This document shows, one piece after another, positions 1-14,019 of a stretch of 64,000 bases of DNA (the stretch's first letter is position 1; each line of letters begins with the position of its first letter). This DNA comes from Octopus vulgaris. Taxonomy: Eukaryota. The DNA lies in NCBI GenBank assembly GCA_951406725.2, contig OX597826.1:32178001-32242000 (forward strand), read 5' to 3'. The notes beneath the pieces were generated by a model, which was not told the DNA's origin, ran no database searches, and was given only the letters and a program-made list of their open reading frames with translations. Made by a program: the position numbers and the translations under genes.

Positions 1-834
1 GTACATGCACACATACATTCTGTATGTGTCACAGAATGTTTGTGTGCATGTATGATTTTTGAGATTAGTTATAAATACTTTTACCTGCAGTAAAAGGAAG
101 AAAAGATCACACACATAAAAAACCATTTGCGTTTTGGAGCTTTTGGAAGTGATAGGTATATTTTTCTTATGAGTTCTTCAGTTTCAAAAAATTTGGAGAA
201 CATAATTTTACTTTCGATTGGAGACTCTAGGAGAAAAAAAAGATCAAATTAAGCAAATGTATTTGCAGTCGTTCTATAGTTTATCTTTGAACTTTTCTGT
301 CTATCATAGAAAATAGCATGTTATACCTTGGCACTGTCTTTGGTACCAAATTATCGGCTACATGGTGATCAGTAGTCTTCTGTGTAATGTTTAAGAAACG
401 TTGGTGTTAAACATATTAAGTGGGTGGTTTACATCTGAACTAATCTGGTGGCAAATGTGTGACTCAATATTGATTGGTTAAATCATATATGAATATAGAA
501 ATGGTTATAACATTTACATATATACATCACTATCATTGTGTGAGTGTGTGTGAGTTCGGATGTGTGTGTGTGTGTAATTTGTGTGTCATTTTCATCTCAG
601 CTTCTTTCTTTTAACGTCTGTTTTTCCATGCTTGCATGGGTCTGATGAGATTTGTTGAAGCAGATTTACATTGGCCACATGCCCTTCCTGTTCCAACACA
701 CCTTACATGATTCCAAATAAGGAAATATTACCACATGGCCAATCAGTTACAACCACCACATGATGTCAAGACAAGGCGGGGAGCCCGTCCCCCAACACAT
801 ATGTACTTACACACGCACAAACATGCATACACAG

Positions 835-990
835 CAAATTTCTTTCTGTTTCTGTTTTGCAGATCCATTCACGAGGCTTTGATTGGCCTAGGGCTAAAGT
901 AGAAGATATTTGCCCAAGGGTACCCCACAATGAAACTGAAACTGGAACAATTTCATTGGAAAACAGACTTCTTAACCACAGCACCAATCC
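835..990 (-). mobile_element. tRNA-derived SINE family A, 5' part
   Basis: Reverse complement reads ggtgctgtggttaagaagtctgtttcc...cccttgggcaaatatcttctac...; it matches the copies at 14020-14397, 50875-51247 and 62240-62740. Confidence 0.75.
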
Positions 991-1453
991 TGTACACTAA
1001 TATATCTCAGTGAACAACTTTCAGCCAGAACATCATTAACCTTAACTGGATGTAAATGTGACTAAAGTAGAATTTAAACACAGAACTGCAGACCATAAAA
1101 CTCTTCATCATTTGATGCTGTAATATATCGTCAAGTGATGTCTAATCTGTGAGACAGAGGTCAGTAAATATATATGATACATTATGGCCATAGTCTTCTA
1201 GCAATATCATACAAATAGCTCCATACTAATTTTATATGAAGCAGATGATACAGTTTCAATACAAAGATATGTAAATACGCACATGATAAAATGTTCAGAT
1301 GGTAAAACCATTAGCATGCCAGGCAAATGGCTTGGTGACATTTTGCTTGTCTTTTCGTTCTGAGTTCAAATGCTTCAGGATCAACTCAGCCTTTCATCTT
1401 TTGTGGGGTTGATGAAATAAGTGCTAACTGACCACTGTATATATATGTATATA

Positions 1454-1519
<66 letters not shown>

Positions 1520-2228
1520 TACATACATATATATAAATGTATATATATATATATATATATCAATGTATATGTACATGCTGTACATTTGCAAGTACTTGGC
1601 AATTTATACACATAAAAAAATGACCAACTTTTTTGAAAGAAGAGGAATAACATTATGTTAGATATATCTTAATTAAAAAAACTAAATAAATGAATAAAAT
1701 AATTAAGACAGCTTGATTTATTAAATCTGTTGGAATTTAAATATATAAATCTTTTCTTAAAAAAAAATCTGTTCCACATTACAGTATGGCTAATTAACAT
1801 TTTGTGAGGATATACTACACTTGAAGTATAAATGAGCAACTCGTTAAATTTCTCACACATACACTCTCTCCCACTTGCACTCTCTCTCTCTCATGTAAAC
1901 CCTTCAAATCTGTTGTTGTTGTTGCTATTTGGCCCTGTTCGAGCAAGTCTATGATGAGAGCTATTCCACCCATGACCATCCAATCTAACATTTTCTGTAT
2001 GCAGAGAAACCAGGACAATATTATCCAATGTGCCCGTTTTCTATGATGGCCGAGGACAATTCAAGAAATACTTTGCTGCAATTTCTAGTAGAGTGAACGA
2101 CCATATGGGGGGAGGGGGCTAACTCACTGGTTAGATCTCATCTCTGTTTATATGAATGAGAGAGAGAGAGAGGAGGTGGAAACAGAAATAAATTCTTTGA
2201 TGTGACATCCAACATTAAATATAAATAA

Positions 2229-2271
<43 letters not shown>

Positions 2272-2699
2272 ATGAATTAGAGCAAAATTTGAGCGAAATA
2301 TATTTTTCTGAACTCTCACCTATATTCCACATCCTCAGCTAATATTTAGACATTTTGGTGTGTTTAAATGTGTTTAGAGGAATATATCAGATTTCCATGA
2401 ATTTTGATTTCAAAATGAGGTTATGTATTTTCCATTACTTTAACCCATAATCCCCCAGTCTTCTTCTAAAGACAGGAAAGAGGTTTTTTTAGCAATGAAG
2501 CATATAACTAACATTTTTAAAAAAGTTCTACAGCTTTGCTTTGCTAATTTTGACATTTAATGTGTGGGAGTATTTATGCAGAGGAAAATTGTTAAAGGGC
2601 CCACTTTTTGAGGGCTACGGAAGTGATTGCTGGATATTGGCTGGTCAGTTCATCATAAATTATCATATGCATGAGAGACTGTATGTACATATATATGTA

Positions 2700-2730
<31 letters not shown>

Positions 2731-2929
2731 TTGTGTGAGTGAGCAGGTACATTTGTCTAGCTATCTCTGAGTGTGTGTGAGTGACAAGCTGGTGATTTTC
2801 ACAGAGTCAGAGGAAGTATGGAATGGTAAAAGTTCAAAGAACTGTTACTTCGTTGGGCAACAAAGGGATTCTCACAGTGAATGAAGAGCAGATAGTTTAA
2901 TGATGGTGTATGAGGTGCAACATTGCACG

Positions 2930-3870
2930 TTAGCAAAACATGGGAAATGGACTGCAAGGAGTATGTGGAGAAGGGATACGAATGGGGCAAGTGTGTTCTG
3001 ATTATATGATGTAAATACTCAAGAACATAGAATAATGTATATATTTCCCATGTTTATATGTACAGCTATGTTACAGAGCAGTGAAACATGGGCAGTGCAA
3101 TGTCAGTGTGTATGTACGACAGAGTGTAAGCATCATGAGGGAAAAGCTGGGCATAAGAGGCATCAGATGTGGTGCGCAAGGGAGACGACTGCACTGATAT
3201 GATCATGTGATGCGTATGGACAATGAAAGCTGTGTAAAGAAGTGCCGATCTCTAATGGTGGAGTGAATCTATGGTAGAGGTAGACCCAGGAAGATATGGC
3301 ACGAGGTGGTGAAACATGATCTTTGAACTTTGGGCCTCATGGAGGCAGTGACAAGTGACCGAAACGTTTGGCGATATGCTGTGCTTGAGAAGACCCATGA
3401 AGCCAAGTGAAATCGTAGTCATGGCTGATGCTGGTGTCGCGTAATTGGCACCCATGCTGGTGGCACATAAAAAAGCCCCTTTCAAGTATTGAGCCTCACG
3501 GAGGCAAAGAGGATGATGCTGGTGGCACATGTAAAGCACATTTTGAATGTTGGGCTTCATGGAGGTAATGACAAATGACCAAGTCTATTTGGCATTCTGC
3601 TATGCTTGAGAAGAAGACCCATCAAGCCAAATAAAATCGCAGTTGTGGCAGATATTGGTGTCATGCAAACGGCACCCATACTGGTGGCATGTAAAAGCAC
3701 CCATTACACTCTGAGAGTTGTTGGCATCAGGAAGGGCATCCAGCTGTAGAAGGCCATACCAAGTCAGACTGGAGCCTGGTGCAACCTACTAGCTTGCTAG
3801 CCCTGGTCAAACCATCCAATCTCTGCCAGCATGGATAACGGATGTTAAAATGATGATGATGATGATGATA
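2930..3870 (+). mobile_element. Degenerate RTE-clade LINE 3' fragment with repeat-bearing 3' UTR and (GAT)n tail
   Basis: Broken frame encodes RRLH*YDHVMRMDNESCVKKC...GRGRPRKIWHEVVKHDL; paralogous to 56125-57065; ends ...gcatggataacggatgttaaaa(tga)n. Confidence 0.85.
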
Positions 3871-3910
3871 CACACACACATACACACACGCACACACACG
3901 TATATATATA

Positions 3911-4086
3911 TGAGGGGATGCTGAAAAGTTCCTGGCTTTAAATGTATAGTGAAAGGCCTGGTTGGAGGCCCAACCTTTCAAGTTCTTTTACAGGGCTGAT
4001 AGGGAAATATGATGAATAAAATCATAATTAATTGGTCCTCCTGTATTTTCTTTTACCCAAAGCCAAGAACTTTCAGTACCCACTCA
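3911..4086. mobile_element. Tc1/mariner-type MITE
   Basis: Terminal inverted repeats tgaggggatgctgaaaagttcctggctt / aagccaagaactttcagtacccactca, TA-flanked; second copy at 26201-26418. Confidence 0.75.
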
Positions 4087-4439
4087 TATAATATAAATAT
4101 ATATAATATACACAATACATACATACATACAGTGTTATTTTCAATTTAGTGTACCCAGTATACAAACACACACACACACACACACGCACACACATAGAGA
4201 GAGAGAGAGAGGAGGAAGAAATAGAGAAAAATTGGCAGATAGAGAAAATAGATAACATGCACAAGCATATATGTGCATGTATGCATAAAAAAGTTGCAGG
4301 AGCTCTCTGCTAACAGCGAAATTCTTCTCTCAGAGAGTAAAGGGCAGACTGCACATACTACTTGTGTACACACTGCACAATATTCCATAGAAACAAAACA
4401 GGGGTCTTTAAAGAAATTAGTTGAGTTTGCTCCACTGGA

Positions 4440-4795
4440 TATGTAACGTTGGTGTGCATCGCCATGGGAGCAAAAATATTTGGTGAGAAAAACTGTGTTT
4501 AAGCAATAAAGAGGAGTCAACCTGTGATATGCAAGAGAGGACTGCACTAGTAGAGGCATATGATGTATATGAAGGATGACAGTTGGTTAATTAAGTGCTA
4601 AGTAACCCAGGTGGAAGGAACCTACCTGCAGGAGAAGGGATCTAAGGAAAACATGTGACAAAGAAATGGGGGAAAACGATTTGGAAGATTCACTTGCAGA
4701 AAGGAGATGGACAAATGGACAAAGTGCTTGGATAATAATTGGTGAGACGCTGTGCTGGAGAAGACCTTAAGCATGGAAAAATACCATGGAATGTA
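4440..4795 (+). mobile_element. Highly degenerate RTE LINE 3' fragment
   Basis: gcaagagaggactgcactagtagaggcatatgatgtatatgaagg resembles the RLRWYGHV-encoding DNA at 56230; ends in gcatggaaaa followed by a GAT/GGT tail. Confidence 0.55.
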
Positions 4796-5240
4796 TGATG
4801 ATGATGGTGGTGGTGGTGGTGGTGATGAAGATGACGTTGATGGTGATGATGGTGGTGGTGGTGGTTGTGGTGATGGTAGTGATGATGAGGAAGATAATGA
4901 TAGTGATGATGATGATGATAATGATCGAGATGGTGATGATGATGATGATGGTGGTGATGGTGATGAAGATGATGGTTGTGGTGACGATAGTGATGATGAT
5001 ATTGGTGGTGGCAATAGTAGTGATGATGATGATGATGATAATGATGATCAAGGTGGTGATGATGATGGTGTTGGTGGTGGTGATGGTGATGAAGATGATG
5101 GTTGTGGTGATGATGGTGATGATGATAGTGGTGGTGGCAATGGTAGTGATGATGATGATGGTGGTAGTGTTGGTCGTGGTGGTGGTGATGGTAGTGGTGA
5201 CAATGATGACAATGATCACGACGACGACGATGATGATTAT
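4796..5240. repeat. Compound (GAT/GGT)n microsatellite with an internal ~125-bp duplication
   Basis: Trinucleotide low-complexity tract; the block ggtgatggtgatgaagatgatggttgtggtga...ggtggtggcaat occurs twice. Confidence 0.9.
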
Positions 5241-6356
5241 CAAAGATGTTGCGTAGCATGTTTGTAAATCAATGAGTCAATATTATTATTATTTTAAAGA
5301 AAAGATACAAAAATCTTTTTAGGCATTTAAAAAAAAAAGTGAAAAGCATTTCAAAAACACAACCGGAGTACCTCGGTTTATAAAAAGAAACTTATAAAAA
5401 AAACATTCAAAAAATCATGGAGAATAAATATTTTCTCTTTTTTTTATGTTATGTTTGTTTTTCTTTTTCTTCTTTTTCTTATTTATATTAGAAAAATGTC
5501 AAGATATCTAAATAGAAAAAAAGTTGTAATTTAAGTACATTTTCAGTACACGATTTCAGGTTGAAGGAATTTTATAGATACATTTATTTATATTCTGAAC
5601 AAAGGAGCCAAACAACCCGGAAGGCAAATTTGGGATCCAAAAAGATCGTTGTATTCATCTCAGCATGGGGAAAACTTCATATCAAAACAAATGATGATTA
5701 AACATTGTTTCTGCTCTCTTCATCGACAGAATGCTTACTTATAAAAAAACACTGGAATTATTTTTGTTGTTAAGATAATATAACATTAATTCAAGCTACA
5801 GAGTTTATAAAAATAATTAATGATGCATGGCTGTGTGGTTAAGAAGCTTGCTATTTTTCAACCGTATGTTTTTGGGTTCAATCCTACTGCCCAGCACCTT
5901 GCCCAAGCGTCTTAACCCTGGGCTGACCAATTTAGTGTGAGAATTTAGCAGACAGAATCTGTGTGAAAACCCATTGTATCTATACCTTTATACATTATAT
6001 AAATCAGGGACAGGCAACTTTTCCTCAGCTGATGGCCACATCCAGTTTGGCAAAAAGAGACGGATAAAATAAATACCAGTCTATTTTTGCTTGATCAAAC
6101 CCCTTCAAGGCTGTGCTCCAGCATGGCCACAATCCAATGACTGAAATGAACGATAGAAGATTCTTATGGTATGTGTTTAAGTGGTTAGAGGTGTCAGGCT
6201 GACAACTACAAGATCCTGAATTTGGTTCTGTGGCTGAGCAGCACATTGTGTCCTTGGGCAAGGTGCTTCATTTCATATTGTTCCAGTTTACTTAACTGAA
6301 AAAGTGTATCAATCAGTGCTGATGCAGCCCTTTCTTATCTCATCTATTACATTTGG

Positions 6357-6627
6357 TAGTGGTTCCCAATCTGGGTGGTACTGCCCCCTGTAGGTGGTGG
6401 AAAGATTCAGGGGGCGTTGAAGAAAAGTGAGGGCAATAATGGGTTGGCAAAAAAGGGGGCAATGGATGTAAAGGCAAATAAAATAACTGTTTCATTAGAT
6501 TAAGTTTTATTTGTCAAATACAGTTGTTTAAATTTTTCCGCAGAAATTGGTCTATGTTTGGGGGAGGGGCGCTAGAAATGTGGCCCAGGAGCCAAGGAGG
6601 CAACCTGAAAAACTTTGGGAACCACTG
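6357..6627. mobile_element. hAT-like MITE
   Basis: Ends tagtggttcccaa ... ttgggaaccactg are Charlie/hAT-type TIRs; no clean 8-bp TSD. Confidence 0.65.
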
Positions 6628-7451
6628 ACATACGATATGTTCCACTGAACCAAGGGTGGGTGGGTTGGTGGAGGGATGGTTGAGAGAGTGTTTATGTTTC
6701 TTTGCAACCACACAGGCACCTAAAACAATTGATGAAAGGCTCGTACAAACTTGAGAGTAACAGCCATAATTGTCTCATTTCATTATTATTTTTTGTTTTC
6801 TAAATTAATTTGATAATAGTGATGGCAGTTTAACTGTTACTAGTACATAATATGATAGAAATACGCAGTTATGGTATTAGTATTCATCAACGACAAGTAA
6901 GATACTGCCTGGTACATCATGTTTCAACATTCAAATGCCACTGATGATGTCACTAACTTTCATTCTACTGATTTGGGTAAAATTAATCTACAAATAATAA
7001 TCTACTGAAGTGAAAATAATTTACTAACCACTCCTAGTTTTGTTTCCAGTTAAAATAAATTAGTAAGTTAGACGGACTAAAAAAAAATTAGAAAGAAACA
7101 GAAAAGAAAAAGAAGAAATTAAGGTAAAGTCATTGTGAAGAAAATTTATAATAATTTGTATAATTTCTATTTAATTAACTTTTTAATTAGTAAGTGTAAA
7201 ATCATGTGATATTTCATTTAATATTTTTTGGGGAAAAGGTGCAAAGACTTGGATCTCATAAAACATTAAAATTATGTTTTAAATTGTTACATTTCAGAAA
7301 AGTAATTTACAGCCAGAAGTCATTAGACAGGAATATAATGTGTAGGTATTGATTTGTTTCAGGATGTGTATATGTGTGTAAGTGTCTGTGTATGTATATG
7401 TATATATGTGTGTGTATGTGAGCGTGTGTATGTGTACATGTATGTGTAGGT

Positions 7452-7665
7452 GTAAGGTGATGAGCTGGCAGAATCATTAGCACAGAGGACCGATGCTAAG
7501 TAGCGTTTCTTTTGGTTTTGTGTTCTGAGTTCAAATTCTGTTGAGGTCACCTTTGTCTTTCATCCTTTTGGGGTCAATGAAATAAGTACCAGTCGAGCCC
7601 TGGGGTTGATGTAATCGACTAGCACCCATCCCGAAATTGCCGGCCTTGTGTCTATGGTAGAGATG
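7452..7665 (+). mobile_element. tRNA-derived SINE family B (Meta/Sauria-like central domain)
   Basis: gagctggcagaatcattagc head, gagttcaaattc B-box, ctttcatccttttggggtcaatgaaataagtaccag body; more than ten related copies in the window. Confidence 0.8.
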
Positions 7666-8448
7666 ATATGTATGTGTCTGTACATATCTGTGTATGTGGA
7701 CATGCGAATGTGTGTGAGTGTGTGTGTATGTTTGTGTCTGCGAAGGAGACTTTACATGGAATGACTACAATTTGAAGTTAGACTTGTTGAATAATGTATG
7801 AAAGAAAGAAGAGAATTATGGTGAATACGTAGAAGAGTAAAGTTAATAATGTTGGACAACAGTAATGGAGATTGAGGTAATAATGGCAACATAGTGTGAA
7901 CAACATCAAATAAAAACTTAGAAATTTTGACGGCCTATGTTGTTAAAACTAACTTAATAAAGTTTGCAAATATATTTGTTTGAATTCATGTCTTCCTCAC
8001 GGCATACAGATTTATTCATATATGTCAACTGTTTTAAACAACATCACCTTCCTCAGAGGAAATAATACCATTTCTCTTCATCTTTCTGGATGAAAAGATC
8101 TGTTAATAAGATCAGAAGATGCCGAGAGAAACCTCAAATCCAATGCAACTATGTGTGACAACACACAAGTATCAACACAGAAAAGCCAGAGAAATGTTGG
8201 TTGTCACTGAAGGAGACAGGAGACCTAGATGCTGAATGAGAGTAGCGATGGGGCAGGGATGAGGAAGGTATATTGGAATTTCTTCATCTCTGGAAGTTTT
8301 GGAAGTGATGAAAATGATGTGGTAAAGATGAAGCTATAACAAGAAGAAATAGTAACAGAACAGTGGAAAATATATATAGGAATGGAGATGATCTGGACTT
8401 TAGAGTCTGATAAAATAGAGACTAGTCAACTAAAACACAGACATATGC

Positions 8449-8511
<63 letters not shown>

Positions 8512-8635
8512 TATACATACAAAAATATATATATATATACTATATATATACCTATATATATACATATATGCGTATATATATGTATGCATATATTCATACA
8601 TCTATGTATATATATATATATATATATATATACGT

Positions 8636-8940
8636 GACCGTGGCACGTAAAAAGCACCATCCGATTGTGGCTGATGCCAGCCTCGTCTCGCCCCCGTGCC
8701 AGTGGCACGTAAAAAGCACCATCCAATCATGGCCGTTTGCCAGCCTCATCTGGCACCTGTGCATGTGGCACATAAAAAGCACCAACTACACTCTCGGAGT
8801 GGTTGGTGTTAGGAAGGGCATCCAGCTGTAGAAACACTGCCAGATCAGACTGGGCCTGGTGCAGCCTCCCGGCTTCCCAGACCCCAGTTGAACCATCCAA
8901 CCCATGCTAGCATGGAAAACGGACGTTAAATGATGATGAT
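8636..8940 (+). mobile_element. RTE-type 3' end inserted in (TA)n
   Basis: tggcacgtaaaaagcacc repeats, then ggaagggcatccagctgtagaaac...gcatggaaaacggacgttaaa(tga)n. Confidence 0.8.
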
Positions 8941-9008
8941 ATAAATGTATGTATACATGTATGTATATATTTGTGTGTGTGTGTGTGTGTGTGTCTATAA
9001 AAGAAGGA

Positions 9009-9058
<50 letters not shown>

Positions 9059-9067
9059 TACATATAG

Positions 9068-9376
9068 GAGCACTCCATCGGTTACAGCGATGAGGTTTGC
9101 AGCTGATACAATCAACGGAACAGCTTGCTTGTAAAATTAATGTGCAAGTAGCTGAGCACTCCACTGACACCTAGTTCTCAGGGAGATTTAGTGTGACAGA
9201 GTGTGACAAGGCTGGCCCTTTGAAATACAGGTACTATTCATTTTTTCCAGTTGAGTGGACTGGACCAACATGAAATAAAGTGTCTTGCTCAAGGACACAA
9301 CACGTCAGTGGGAATTGAACTCATGACCTTATGATCATGAGCCAAATGCCTTAACCACTAAGCCACGCACTTTCAC
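9068..9376 (-). mobile_element. tRNA-derived CORE-like SINE family C
   Basis: Reverse complement of the 30252-30570 element (tggcttagtggttaagg head, tgtgtccttgagcaagacacttt CORE-like motif). Confidence 0.85.
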
Positions 9377-9418
9377 TTATATAGACACACATATGTATAT
9401 ATACATAAAATACATATC

Positions 9419-9450
<32 letters not shown>

Positions 9451-9457
<7 letters not shown>

Positions 9458-9774
9458 TAGAAAAAAACCCACCTTCATCAATTCAAAATGAAAATTAAAT
9501 TACACCATCTAGAAAATTACATATAATAGAAAGATTAAATATAAGATAAAAAATATAACGATGATTAAGTAATGAACAAAATAATAAATAAAACGTATAT
9601 ATTTGGTATATATATACCAAATATATATGTTTTATTTATTATTTTGCTCATTACTTAATCATCATTATATTTTTTATCTTATATTTAATCTTTCTATTAT
9701 ATGTAATTTTCTAGATGGTGTAATTTAATTTTTCATTTTGAATTGATGAAAGGTGGTTTTTTTCTAAATTATAT
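9451..9774. repeat. Near-perfect ~320-bp spacerless palindrome
   Basis: Arms are reverse complements across the centre tggtatatatatacca (9611/9612) with only a few mismatches or indels. Confidence 0.95.
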
Positions 9775-9856
9775 ATATATGTAATATATTTTGTGAAATT
9801 TGATTTAGTATTTCTAAATTGAATTTTTCCTTGTAAGTTTGGGATAATATTCCCTC

Positions 9857-9897
<41 letters not shown>

Positions 9898-11831
9898 GTA
9901 TATGTATTTTTTATGTGCCCTTTCAAGGCTAGCCAGGCTCATAGGCCCAGTTTCCTAGTTTCTATGGTGTATGTGTTCTCCCCAGCTGGACGGGACGCCA
10001 GTTCATTGCAGCGTTACTCAAGAAACAGGAAGAAAGAGTGAGAGGAAGTTGGGGCAAAAGAGTACAACAGGGATCTCCACCACTGAGCCTTGTGGAGCTT
10101 TTAGGTGTTTTCACTCAAAAAACACACGCAACGCCTGGTCTGGGAATCGAAACCGCGATCTTCTGACCACGAGTCCGCTGCTTTATTCACTGGGCCATTG
10201 CATTTCCACATCTGTATATGTATAGATGTATATATATATGTATATATCTATATCTATCTATCTATCTATCTTTCTATCTATCTATCTATCTATATATATA
10301 TATATATATATGTACGAATGTATGAACACCTGTACTTTGTGCATATCTTCATATGTTTATTTAGAATTTTGAATAATAAAAACACTTCAGAAAATAAGAA
10401 ACACCGAGAGGAAAAGAGGAGGAGATTCTTATAGTGATACAGATGCAAACAAAAACCACTATAACAAATTAAAATAAATCATATTTAATGTCAAGTAAAA
10501 TTAAATACAACATTTAAGAAATTTGAGAATCTAAATTTGATTTCATTGTAAATATGAAACAACAGTAAAATATAGCAGCAATGTCAATGATACTTAAGAA
10601 AATATATTCCTGGAAATGTCCTGATGTCTAGTTACGCTAAATGACATCTATAGGGAATCTGTTGGTGATATAGTTTTGAGTGAATGGGAGCTAATGAGGC
10701 TCTGGGGGGAAATTATAATCTTTAAAAGGCAGAGAAACTGACAGGCAGTGAGATGTATGAAAAATGAAAACAAAGCTTTAGAGTGTGTGTATGTGTGTGT
10801 GTGGTGGGTTGTGTGTGTGGTGGGTTGTGTGTTGCGTGGTGGGTTGAGTGTTGTGTGGTGGGTTGTGTGTGTCGTATGTTGTGTATGTGTGTGTTGTGAG
10901 TTGTGTGTGTTTGTTGTGTGTTGTGTTTGTGTGTATATGTTGTGTGTGTCTAGTGTGATGTGTGCATGTTGTGAGTTGTGTGTGTGTTGTGTTTGTGTGT
11001 TGTGTGAGATAGAAAGAAAGCGATGGAGAGAGAGAGAGAGGGATGGAGAAAGAGAGAGAGATGGAGAGAGAAAGTGAGACAGAGGAAGAAAGGAGAAGGA
11101 GAGAGAGAAGGAAAGAATAAATGGTAGTGAGAGACAGAATGTGAGAGGGAAGGAAAGAAAAAAGGAGAGAAGCAGAGAAAGAGGAGAGAGAAAAAGAGGG
11201 AATGACAGAGTGAAAGAGAGAGGAGGTGAGAGAAGGTGAAAGGGAATGAAAGAGAGGAAAAAGAGAGAGAAGTAGAGAGAGAGAAAGAAAGAGAAATGAA
11301 AATGAAGATCGAAAACAAAACAAAATAAACAAAAAATGGTAAGTAGTTGAGAAGAAAATGAAGTTTATGAAGAATCTGTCAATTTTATGCTTTAGGTTTT
11401 TTGACAGGTGAATAGACAAGAGGCAAATTGAGAGAGAATCCTTATAGAAATGGTTATGAGGTATTTAGTGCTGGCACGATTATATTGTTAACAATTTGAC
11501 AAAACCATTTTTTACATACCTTTTTATATATTGTGTTTTTGTTTTTTGTTTTTTTCAAAAAGAAAACCTCTTAAGAAAATTTAGTTTTGAATGCTGAAAA
11601 GAAATAGTAAATTCAAGTCCAAATTACTATTAACACAATGTTTTAAAATTTATTTTATGTTTTTGATACATTAATAAATTCATTAGCATTAATGCTTTGT
11701 TTTTTTGTTTTGTTTTCATTTCTTTTTGTTTTGTTCTGAACATGAAGAACACATAAAGCCATTCTCTTGAATGTGTATTAATTCTTTTGTGGGAATAATG
11801 GATATCCAAACATGCATGAAGCTACAGATGC

Positions 11832-12050
11832 TGGTTTCAAATTTTGGCACAAGGCCAGTAATTTCAAGGCGGGGTGGTTAAGTTGATTACATCACCCCTA
11901 ATGCATAACTGGTACTTATTTTATCGACACTGAAAGGATGAAAGGTAAAGTTGACCTCAGTGGAATTTGAATTCAGAGTGTAAAGATGGATGAAACATCA
12001 CTGAGCATTTTGCTTGGTATGCTAATAATTCTGCCAGCTCACCCCTCCCT
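11832..12050 (-). mobile_element. SINE family B, nested in an older element
   Basis: ggcacaaggccag...ggatgaaaggtaaagttgacctc...ctgccagctcacc; it splits a sequence homologous to 12290-12395. Confidence 0.8.
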
Positions 12051-12285
12051 AAATTCTATAAGTAATATTGTTTGAATATATTGGCTTGAAAATCTCTTTT
12101 GAATAGAAAAAGTCAAAGACTTCCCATGGGACTAGAAACCCACATCTCCTGTTCACATGACAGATGTTTTACCACTGGACCAAAGTAATCCTTCAGATTT
12201 CTCCAATTTAGAAACTTTATTCTCACCAATGAGAATCATATGTTGTTGACATAAGAATCTGATAAGCTTTGAGAGAATGAGAATT

Positions 12286-12556
12286 AATTCTTTTTGGGAA
12301 TAGTGGATCTTGAAGCACACATAAAGCTATAAATAATCACATGTAAATATTGGGTTGATAAAACCTTTATGGATAGAAAAAGTTGAAAGCTGCCATTAAA
12401 AGTTAATGGTTGAATGCTTTCATGTCTACAAGAGATGTGGGTTCACATCCCATGAGCAGCCTTCGACTTCTATCCAAATGGGTTTTCAACCCAATGTTAA
12501 TGTGTTATTATTTATAGCCTTATGTGTGCTTTGAGATTCACTGTTCCAAGAGAAAA
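12286..12556. mobile_element. Old tRNA-headed element with an inverted duplication (fold-back)
   Basis: 12290-12395 is the diverged reverse complement of 12455-12555; the centre has A/B-box-like tggttgaatgc...gggttcacatccc; a related head lies on the - strand at 12060-12185. Confidence 0.6.
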
Positions 12557-14019
12557 AATAAACGTGAAAGAATTATTTTGTGTTCTCTTGAATTCTCATG
12601 ACATCAATCTCTACTGATTTTTTTTTTCCAGGCTGAGATATATTTATAACATTTATATATAGGAAACCTTTTAAAAACGATCTACGAGAGAAATAACTGA
12701 AAAAAAAAATGAAACATAAAAAATAAACAAGAAACACAAGAACCTCCTTTTATTGAACACATCCAACAAATAACGATGGTGTTGATGATGACAATGAGGA
12801 AATAATTACTTCAGTGATTAAAAAGTAAAAAGGAAATGTTCAGTTAGATGTATGAACATGGAAAATTTGGTAAATGTAATTCATCTCAAGAAATACAGAC
12901 ATTTATTGCCAATATTATTTCTTTCTCCTTCCACAACAAACACACACACACATACACACACACAAACCCAATTATAGTGATAGATGAATATTTTATATAC
13001 AAGCAAGCAATTCCTTCCAGTTAATAATTCATTTATTGTAGGAATCTAACAACTGATTTACATTTTAGCCAAATCCTATTTGGTTTATTCTAAGTTACTA
13101 AATACCTGGATAGTTGTTTAGGTTTACAGTAATTCAATTTGGCAATGTTTAGTATTTTTTAACTAGTTTAGTGTATAAACATTTTAAATTGCAGTGATGT
13201 ACTGCTTTTATGGTAACTACTGGCAATGGCAACGTAGTGTAGAGGACTATATATTAATTTGATATTAATATTTTACATTAACAAAATACAGCTAATACAC
13301 TTGTAATTAATTAAATTAGACGGCAGGAACACGTTATTAATAAGCAAATCAGTCAATCCAATTTACTTCAGCCTCAGTATAGATGAATTTATAAGAAGTG
13401 TTTCTGAGGTTAGTTAAAGAGGGTACTCAGTTGCTTGAGATATTCCAACACAGGATTGAAACCAGTTCAGTTGATACCTCTTTTTATGTCTTACAGTGTT
13501 GGCTAAAATCTATTGTGCAGGATAGCATTGAAACAAAACACAGTCAAGATACTAGTAAATACTTTGATATATGTTTTGGAACAATGGATATTGAAGCAGA
13601 TAAAGCTATCAATAGTAATATTTAAACATTGGGTTTAAAAGTTTTTAAATAGAAAAGGTTGTCAACAACAACAACACACACACACATGTAAACCACATCA
13701 GTGCTGGTGCCATGTAAAGAGTGCTGGTGCTGGTACCACATAAAAAGCACCTGATACACTCTATAAAGTGGTTGGCATTAGGAAGGGCGTCCAGCTCTAG
13801 AAACCATGCCAAAACAGACAATTAGAATCTGGCTCAGTTCTCCAGTTTTACCAACTTCTGTTGAATCGTCCAACCCAAACCAGCAAGAAAACAGATGTTA
13901 AATGTTGATGATGAGGATGATGATGATTATGATGATGATAATGATGATGATAGGTGGCACTGTTAAGTTAAACAATTATCTAAGTTATTTATATATATAT
14001 ATATATATTCTTTTATTTT

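Noticed and set aside
4622-5267. Long overlapping ORFs (poly-Asp/Gly, poly-His, poly-Met/Val)
   Set aside because: They are translations of a (GAT/GGT)n microsatellite forming the tail of an RTE fragment; they are open in many frames because of low complexity
5578-5695. Coding-looking stretch TFIYILNKGAKQPGRQIWDPKDRCIHLSMGKTSYQNK*
   Set aside because: Weak acceptor, short and with no recognisable homology; cannot be separated from chance
10748-11419. 213-aa and neighbouring ORFs
   Set aside because: Degenerate (GT)n and (GA)n tracts, with no coding signal
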